NCBI GenBank assembly: GCA_017452335.1
Contig: JAFTMP010000026.1
Span: 1-34,765 of the forward strand
DNA length: 34,765 nucleotides
Reading direction: 5' to 3'
From: Clostridia bacterium
GTDB lineage: Bacteria; Bacillota; Clostridia; Oscillospirales; CAG-272
Positions within the stretch are counted from its first letter, which is position 1, and the number at the start of each line of letters is the position of its first letter. Of this stretch, positions 7,773 to 14,069 are shown in pieces. The translations under genes were made by a program, and so were the position numbers. The notes under the pieces are model-generated. The model did not search any database, was not told the origin of the DNA, and worked only from the letters and a program-made list of their open reading frames with translations.

Positions 7773-9377
7773 ATGTATTCGGAGAATTTTCAGAAGTCTC
7801 TTAAGGCTGTAGAAGCGGCAAGAGAACAGAACGTTGCAATGGAACCTGCCCGTATGACTGCAAAGCAGAAGGAAGATCTGCTGGCAGAATTCCATCCTGA
7901 CTATAGACAGGATCAGTTTGAGATCCTGCAGATCGGTCCCAACAAGGGCGGTAAGGTGCCCAAGGAATTGGCGGCAACTCTGCAGGCTCACAGCCGTATC
8001 ACCGCTGACTCGGTGGATCTGTCCGCACCCGACTATGATGTGGACGTTCTGGTAATCGGCGGCGGCGGTGCCGGTGCTTCTGCGGCTATTGAAGCCCATG
8101 AAGCGGGTGCTGATGTCATGATCGTGACCAAGCTTCGTATCGGTGATGCCAACACCATGATGGCAGAGGGCGGTATTCAGGCGGCTGACAAGCCCAACGA
8201 CTCTCCTGCGATCCACTTTGTAGACGCTTTCGGCGGCGGTCACTATGCCGCAAAGAGAGAGCTGCTTGCAAAGCTGGTGTGCGATGCACCCGAGGCAATT
8301 CAGTGGCTCAGTGAACTGGGTGTTGAATTCGATAAGTACGAGGACGGCACCATGGTAACCACCCACGGCGGCGGTACCTCCAGAAAGCGTATGCATGCGG
8401 CGAAGGACTATTCCGGTGCCGAGATTATGAGAACCCTTCGTGATGAAGTATACAATCGTCAGATCCCCGTTGTGGACTTTACCTCCGCAATCGAGCTGAT
8501 CCTTGACGAAGAGGGCAAGGCGGCAGGTGCGGTGCTTCTGAACATGGAGACCGAGGAACTGCTGGTTGCCAAGGCAAAGACCGTGATCATCGCTACCGGC
8601 GGTGCAGGTCGTATGCACTATCAGGGCTTCCCCACCTCCAACCACTACGGCGCAACCGCAGACGGTCTGGTGCTGGGCTACAGAGTGGGCGCAAAGCTGC
8701 TCTATGCTGAAACCCTGCAGTATCACCCCACCGGCGCGGCTTACCCCGAGCAGATCTTCGGTGCACTGGTAACCGAGAAGGTTCGTTCTCTGGGCGCAAA
8801 GCTGGTCAACGCCAACGGCGAAGTGTTCATGCACCCGCTGGAGACCCGTGACGTTTCTGCTGCTTCCATTATCCGTGAATGCACCGCAAGAGACAACGGC
8901 GTTGACACCGGCAACGGCAAGGGTGTATGGCTGGACACTCCCATGATCGAGATCCTCGGTGGTGAGGGAACCATCATGAAGAGAATCCCCGCAATGTGGA
9001 GAATGTTTGATAAGTACGGCATCGACATCCGTAAGGAGCCCATCCTTGTATTCCCCACACTGCACTATCAGAACGGCGGTCTTGACATTACCGAGGACTG
9101 CATGACCACCAATGTGGAAAACCTGTTTGTTGCAGGTGAGGCAGTTGGCGGTATCCACGGCAGAAACCGTCTGATGGGTAACTCTCTGCTTGATATCATC
9201 GTATTCGGACGCAGTGCAGGTAAGAATGCGGCGGCAAAGGCAAAGAATACCACTGTTGGCACACTGACTCTTGATCATATTGCAAAGTTTGAACAAGAGA
9301 TCACCGATGCGGGTATCGAGACCGAGACCGTTTCGCCCAAGCTCCTTCCCAACTACACTAAGAGAGCAGACTTTTAA
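7773..9377 (+). CDS. FrdA/SdhA/NadB-superfamily FAD flavoprotein (soluble fumarate-reductase-like catalytic subunit)
   Basis: 534 aa. Dinucleotide fold DVLVIGGGGAGASAAIEA. Substrate and catalysis motifs of the fumarate reductase family: YHPTG, TEKVRSLG, LHYQNGG and GRNRLMGNSLLD. SD aaggaggg. Confidence 0.75.
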   Translation: MYSENFQKSLKAVEAAREQNVAMEPARMTAKQKEDLLAEFHPDYRQDQFEILQIGPNKGGKVPKELAATLQAHSRITADSVDLSAPDYDVDVLVIGGGGAGASAAIEAHEAGADVMIVTKLRIGDANTMMAEGGIQAADKPNDSPAIHFVDAFGGGHYAAKRELLAKLVCDAPEAIQWLSELGVEFDKYEDGTMVTTHGGGTSRKRMHAAKDYSGAEIMRTLRDEVYNRQIPVVDFTSAIELILDEEGKAAGAVLLNMETEELLVAKAKTVIIATGGAGRMHYQGFPTSNHYGATADGLVLGYRVGAKLLYAETLQYHPTGAAYPEQIFGALVTEKVRSLGAKLVNANGEVFMHPLETRDVSAASIIRECTARDNGVDTGNGKGVWLDTPMIEILGGEGTIMKRIPAMWRMFDKYGIDIRKEPILVFPTLHYQNGGLDITEDCMTTNVENLFVAGEAVGGIHGRNRLMGNSLLDIIVFGRSAGKNAAAKAKNTTVGTLTLDHIAKFEQEITDAGIETETVSPKLLPNYTKRADF

Positions 9378-9398
9378 GAGATTGGGAGGACGTTTGAG

Positions 9399-10654
9399 AT
9401 GACTTTATTTGGCGGTGTTATCCCGATTACCGGCGTAACATTTTTGATGTTTTCGATCTTCGCGATCATTGTAGTGGGATTTGCTCTGGGTAGAATTACC
9501 ATTAAGGGCGTTTCCCTTGGCGATGCCGGCGTGTTTATTATGGCGCTGGTGTTTGGTTGCTTCTTCTACAAGGTGCTGGACGCACAGTTGACTGTCAAGT
9601 TGGCTGAGGAAACTGTTAGCTACACCTCCAGTGCATTGAAGATTGTTGAAAGCCTGGGTTTGATCCTCTTTGTAACCTCTGTTGGTTTCATTGCAGGCCC
9701 CAAGTTCTTTGGCAACATGAAGAAGAACTTTAAGTCTTACGTGCTGCTTGGTCTGGTGTTATTTTGGCAGGCGGACTTTCGGCAGTGGCATGCATTATGC
9801 TGGGCAGAGTGACCGGCGTTGCACAGAACAACGACGAGCTGACTGCTATGGTTGTTGGTCTGCTTTCTGGTTCTCTTACCTCCACCCCTGCATTCTCTGC
9901 GGCAAAGGCAACTGTTGATGCCGTTTATGAGAGTGCTGTATCGGTAGGTCACGGTATTGCTTACATCTTCGGCGTGATCGGTGTGGTACTGTTCGTACAG
10001 ATCGTGCCCAAGCTTTCCAAGGCGAATATGGCTGAGGAAAGAGCGAAGCTCACCGTTGTTGAAGACGGTAAGGAAAAGAAAAAGTACACCGGCAAGCTTT
10101 TTGAGCTGGACGGACACGGCTTTGCAGTGTTTGCGCTGGCGGCAATCGTGGGTATTTTCATCGGTATGATCAAAATTCCCCTGTCCGCAAAGGGTCTTTC
10201 GGGAACCTGCTTCTCGCTGACCACCACCGGCGGATGCTTGATGACCGCGCTTGTCTTTGGTCACTTCGGCAGAATCGGAAAGTTTGCTCTGATGCCCAAG
10301 GAATCCACCTTGAAGATCTTCAAGGAACTGGGTCTGCTCCTCTTCCTTGTTGGTGCAGGTATTTCCGGCGGCGACGGCTTCTTTGAGATGTTTGACGTGC
10401 AGTACTTCTTCTACGGCGTGTTCATGACCATCGTTCCCATGATCGCAGGCTTCTTCTTTGCAAAGTACGTGCTGAAGCTGAACTTGCTCAACAACCTGGG
10501 ATCTCTTACCGGTGGTATGACCTCCACTCCTGCACTTGGAACACTGATCAACACGGCAGGTACCGACGACGTTGCTTCTGCTTATGCGGCAACTTATCCC
10601 GTAGCACTGATCGCAGTGGTTCTGGTTTCTCAGTTCCTGATCATTCTGTTCTAA
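9399..10654 (+). pseudogene. AAE-family (aspartate:alanine exchanger / YidE-YbjL / SucE-like) transporter, split by a frameshift near 9755-9765
   Basis: Two abutting ORFs (9399-9812 and 9764-10654) are each multi-TM halves of one duplicated-domain permease. The first half ends KSYVLLGLV, then turns to out-of-frame text. The second frame is open from 9734 and continues ILAGGLSAVACIMLG. The junction lies in gttatttt. SD gggagga precedes ATG 9399. Confidence 0.6.
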
Positions 10655-10680
10655 GAACAAAGCAACTACATTAACAAACA

Positions 10681-10708
10681 CCGCCCCGTTTCAATCGAAA
10701 CGGGGCGG
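10681..10708 (+). terminator. Rho-independent terminator closing the hdr-flx-frd-transporter operon
   Basis: GC-rich 11-bp stem, ccgccccgttt (10681-10691) / aaacggggcgg (10698-10708), with a 6-nt loop, followed by ctttcat. It starts 27 nt after the stop at 10654. Confidence 0.7.
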
Positions 10709-10753
10709 CTTTCATCCTAAAATAAAACGTATTTTACGAAAAAGGAGAATTCC

Positions 10754-11314
10754 ATGAGAAAAAATTTTGGCGCAAAACCTATTTTATATCCCCAGCCTGT
10801 CTTTATCATTGCCACTTACGGCGCTGATGGCACGCCCAATGCCATGAATGCGGCGTGGGGCGGGTTGAGCGAGGAAAATGAGATCACCATTTGCATCAGT
10901 GCCGATCACAAGACCACCGAAAATATCAAAAAGAGAAAAGCCTTCACCGTGAGTATGGCAACGGCTGAGTACGTTGCCGCCTGTGACTATGTGGGTATCG
11001 TTTCGGGCAATGATTGCGCGGATAAGTTTGCAAAAGCGGGGTTTCATGTTGAAAAAAGCAGTTTTGTGGACGCGCCGCTGATTAGTGAACTGCCCGTTGC
11101 GGTGGAGTGCACGCTGATCTCTTATGATGATGAAAGTTGTCGCTTGGTGGGACGGATCGAGAATGTGTGCGCTGACGAGCGAGTGTTAAACAAAAAGGGA
11201 AAGATCGACCCGCAAAAGCTGCGCCCCATTACCTATGATCCCATGAATCATGACTATTTGGTGTTGGGAGAGCCTGTAGGCAAGGCGTTCGGTGAGGGCT
11301 TGAAGTTAAAATAA
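10754..11314 (+). CDS. Flavin reductase-like (FMN-binding split-barrel) domain protein
   Basis: 186 aa. PQPVFIIATYGADGTPNAMNAAWGG is typical of Flavin_Reduct-domain proteins. SD aaaggag lies 6 nt upstream of the ATG. Confidence 0.7.
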   Translation: MRKNFGAKPILYPQPVFIIATYGADGTPNAMNAAWGGLSEENEITICISADHKTTENIKKRKAFTVSMATAEYVAACDYVGIVSGNDCADKFAKAGFHVEKSSFVDAPLISELPVAVECTLISYDDESCRLVGRIENVCADERVLNKKGKIDPQKLRPITYDPMNHDYLVLGEPVGKAFGEGLKLK

Positions 11315-11324
11315 AAGATCACTC

Positions 11325-11353
11325 TTGACGGCGACTGCGAAATATGCTATAAT
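11325..11353 (+). promoter_or_regulatory. Near-consensus sigma-70/SigA promoter for the NifX-like gene
   Basis: TTGACG (11325-11330), a 17-nt spacer, then TATAAT (11348-11353). About 35 nt upstream of the SD and ATG at 11388. Confidence 0.6.
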
Positions 11354-11387
11354 CGCTGTTGCGAATAACAAAGAGGAGATTGTCAAT

Positions 11388-11822
11388 ATGATTATTGCTG
11401 TAACGTATGAAAATGAACAAGTGTTCGGTCATTTCGGCCGCACCAAGCAGTTTAAGCTGTATACGGTGTTGAAGGGGGAGGTTGTTTCTTCCGAAGTTGT
11501 GGATACCAACGGAAGCGGGCACGGTGCACTTGCCGAATTTTTGTCAAATTTAGAGGTAGGTCTGCTGATTTGCGGCGGCATTGGCGGTGGTGCGCAAATG
11601 GCACTGGCGCAGGTAGGTATTTCGATTATTGGCGGTGTAACCGGGGAGGCTGATGAGGCTGTGGAGGCGTTTCTTAACGGAACGCTGGAGGATGATCCCG
11701 AGAATGCTGTTGCAGCCACCATGACGGTGAAGAACACCACTGCGGTGAGAATCACTGCGGCGAGCATGGCTGTGGCGGCGGATGCGGCGGACATTGCCAT
11801 GAATAAGAATAAAAAGCTTTGA
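11388..11822 (+). CDS. NifB/NifX/dinitrogenase FeMo-cofactor-binding family protein (C-terminal tail probably mis-framed)
   Basis: MIIAVTYENEQVFGHFGRTKQFKLY...VVDTNGSGHGALAEFL...LICGGIGGGAQMAL is the standard fold of this family. SD agaggag lies upstream of ATG 11388. The track start at 11325 lies inside the promoter. See the finding on the alternative-frame Cys/His tail that ends at 11806. Confidence 0.75.
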   Translation: MIIAVTYENEQVFGHFGRTKQFKLYTVLKGEVVSSEVVDTNGSGHGALAEFLSNLEVGLLICGGIGGGAQMALAQVGISIIGGVTGEADEAVEAFLNGTLEDDPENAVAATMTVKNTTAVRITAASMAVAADAADIAMNKNKKL

Positions 11823-11872
11823 AAACCAGCTGTTGGTGTTCATTAAAACACATTCTGACGGTATATATAGGT

Positions 11873-11922
11873 AAAAAAGTGGAGATCTGTCGACAATATT
11901 GTCGACGGATCTCCACTTTTTT
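11873..11922. terminator. Bidirectional rho-independent terminator between convergent genes
   Basis: 22-bp stem, aaaaaagtggagatctgtcgac / gtcgacggatctccactttttt (one G-U pair), with loop aatatt. There is an A-run 5' and a T-run 3', so it can terminate transcription from both strands. Confidence 0.75.
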
Positions 11923-11957
11923 AAGTAAGCATGATCAAAACATAGAGTATTCTTCAT

Positions 11958-13961
11958 TTACTCCAAATTGGTTGACAGCTCGCCAAGGGTAGTTTCGCCC
12001 CAGCTATAGTTTGTAAGATAACTTCCCTTGAAAAGCTGTGAATACTCCTCCTTGCCTGAAAGGTATTGATAAAGGTCGCACTGTACTCTTTCCATTACGA
12101 TCCGCCGTTTACCGTCTACGGATTCGATAACATCCGAAATGCCGTATTCTTCTAATGTATTTTTCAAGCGAAGTGCCACCTTGCGGTATCTGGATAGTGT
12201 TACGGTATTGGCAGGCTCATCTTCCCAAAGAAAACTGATTGCTTCTTCCGATGTGACATAGCCGCCCTTTCGGTCAACAAGAAGTGCAAACAATTCCTTT
12301 GATTTCTTGTTTCTGAAAGCGATTGGTCTATCTCCGACAAATACATCAAAATACCCAAATGTACGAATTGAAACGGTACGATTCTCAAGGAGTTTTTTAT
12401 TTTCATCCTCCTCGGTATCTTCAACCAAGTATAGCATAACGTATCTTGGAGAATGACTATTAGGTTCTTTTTGAGAACAGATTGCCTTTATTTTCCGTTC
12501 CGTTTCAGTGCTGTAGTCAAAATAGGTAAACTCTGCCTCGCCGGTTCTGAGCAGTTTTGCAAAATCCTCGTATGCCGCTTCGCTGTACGCAACAAAGTTT
12601 TCAATAGGTGTGTACTTTTCTGTCAGAGGAATCCATTCTTTTTTTGTGTATCCAAAGAATTCACACACATTTTCACTGGCGTAAAGAGGTTTCACCAAGC
12701 CTTCTGCTGAAATTTCAAATGCGGCGATTCCGTCAGAAAACTGCTTGACAAGGTCTTGCATTTTCTGCTTCAACTCATCATTTTCAGTTCGTAAAATGCT
12801 CTCTTTTCCTGTTTCTTGAATGTGACGGCAGCAATAATAGCTGATCGACTCATCGACCTTGATAAATATTCCGCTATACTGTTTAAGCGCTCCGTCAGAA
12901 GAACGGGCAGTATATGTGATTTGAGGAGGCTTTGCATCCGGCTCATACAGTTTTTTCTGACAAAAATCTCTAAAGAAGCCACGGATATTCTCACGGTCAT
13001 CAGGCTCCACAGCGCTCAGTATCCACTTGTCTAGTGCTTCGTCAATCTGCATGGGGATATCTTCAAATAATTTAAAGGATGACCCATCATTGCAGTGCAG
13101 GCATTTTACGGTGTTGGCATCAAGATTGAATTCAAATATTTTATCATACACATCGGTCAACGCCTTCATATAGCGTTTTGTTTCAGCGGCTTTTCGTACC
13201 TGATGCTGTGCGGTAACATCCATGCAGACACTCTGAAACTCTTCTATGCCTTCTTTATTGACAGTCTTGGTTACCCAGCCAAACACATAGGCGCGCGTCC
13301 CATCACAACGAAGCAAGGTCATCTCGCCGGCAATGGGCGCATCTGCAGAATAAACACGGTTCAGATACTTAGAGAATCTGCGCCGCTCTTCCATTGGGAT
13401 CATCAGGAATATATTGCGTTTATACAGTTCAAGGTAATCCAGCTCGCCTTCTCTAACGGTGGGGAAACGAAGTAAATCAATCATCGTCTGATTGATATAT
13501 GTAATTTTGGGTTGCTTTTCGCAGGTATATTTCAAAAAACCGCAGGGAATGGTTTCATTCAAGAACTGCAGATTATTGTTTTCATTCTTAATATCGGTTA
13601 TATCAGCAAGAACAGAATAGCATACAAGCGTGCCATCCTCCAGTTTCTTGGACGTGGCAGTATCTCTTACACAGATTACCGTGCCATTCTTTTTTATTAA
13701 ACGGTACTCTGCCTTAAGGGTCTGTTCTTGTTTAGATAAGTTGCAGATAAATTGGGCATACTTTTCGCGGTCAGCATGGTGAACTAATAGCATATAAAGA
13801 TCTTTGCTATCGTGAAGCAATTCCTGTTCTTCATATTCAACCATATCACATAGATTTTGGCTTACATATTCCAAGTGAATCGGATCATTCAATATATATT
13901 GATGAAAGCCGCTGATTTGCCGACTAAGTATATCCTCCATGTTTTTTGGTGTGTTGCTCAT
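11958..13961 (-). CDS. Multi-PAS sensor fused to a SARP/OmpR-type winged-helix DNA-binding domain (one-component transcriptional regulator)
   Basis: 667 aa from ATG 13961 (SD aaggag 6 nt upstream). It contains several PAS-like repeats, for example EYRLIKKNGTVICVRDTA and MTLLRCDGTRAYVFGWV. The C-terminus IRTFGYFDVFVGDRPIAFRNKKSKELFALLVDRKGGYVTSEEAISFLWEDE...RYRKVALRLKNTL matches the SARP wHTH pattern. Confidence 0.7.
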   Translation of the reverse strand: MSNTPKNMEDILSRQISGFHQYILNDPIHLEYVSQNLCDMVEYEEQELLHDSKDLYMLLVHHADREKYAQFICNLSKQEQTLKAEYRLIKKNGTVICVRDTATSKKLEDGTLVCYSVLADITDIKNENNNLQFLNETIPCGFLKYTCEKQPKITYINQTMIDLLRFPTVREGELDYLELYKRNIFLMIPMEERRRFSKYLNRVYSADAPIAGEMTLLRCDGTRAYVFGWVTKTVNKEGIEEFQSVCMDVTAQHQVRKAAETKRYMKALTDVYDKIFEFNLDANTVKCLHCNDGSSFKLFEDIPMQIDEALDKWILSAVEPDDRENIRGFFRDFCQKKLYEPDAKPPQITYTARSSDGALKQYSGIFIKVDESISYYCCRHIQETGKESILRTENDELKQKMQDLVKQFSDGIAAFEISAEGLVKPLYASENVCEFFGYTKKEWIPLTEKYTPIENFVAYSEAAYEDFAKLLRTGEAEFTYFDYSTETERKIKAICSQKEPNSHSPRYVMLYLVEDTEEDENKKLLENRTVSIRTFGYFDVFVGDRPIAFRNKKSKELFALLVDRKGGYVTSEEAISFLWEDEPANTVTLSRYRKVALRLKNTLEEYGISDVIESVDGKRRIVMERVQCDLYQYLSGKEEYSQLFKGSYLTNYSWGETTLGELSTNLE

Positions 13962-14069
13962 AACGACTCCTTTTTGCAAACGAAGCATTGCTTTGAAAAT
14001 AAGGACAAAATAAGTATAACATATAATTGTAAAAAAATCTTGTATGTTTTGTATTTTTCAAATAGGTCG

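Noticed and set aside
7260-9296. A very long antisense ORF (678 aa) opposite the frdA-like gene, with similar long shadow ORFs at 2880-3896(-), 4270-5244(-), 5096-6106(-), 1578-2129(-), 9737-10681(-), 19485-20231(+), 20319-20993(+), 24920-26353(+), 26601-27446(+) and 33415-34221(-).
   Set aside because: Each lies fully opposite a gene with clear family motifs. Their translations are low-complexity and rich in Cys, Arg, His, Gly and Ala, with no recognisable motifs. They lack SD sequences. Long stop-free antisense frames are expected in GC-rich, codon-biased genes.
7773-9377. Reading the flavoprotein as L-aspartate oxidase (NadB) or APS reductase alpha (AprA).
   Set aside because: - Against NadB: there is no nadA or nadC context, and the partner immediately upstream is a 2Fe-2S plus Cys-cluster SdhB/FrdB-type protein, which NadB does not use.
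- Against AprA: AprB is a different, ferredoxin-only protein, and no sat or qmo genes are present.
- NadB-like chemistry cannot be fully excluded without phylogeny.
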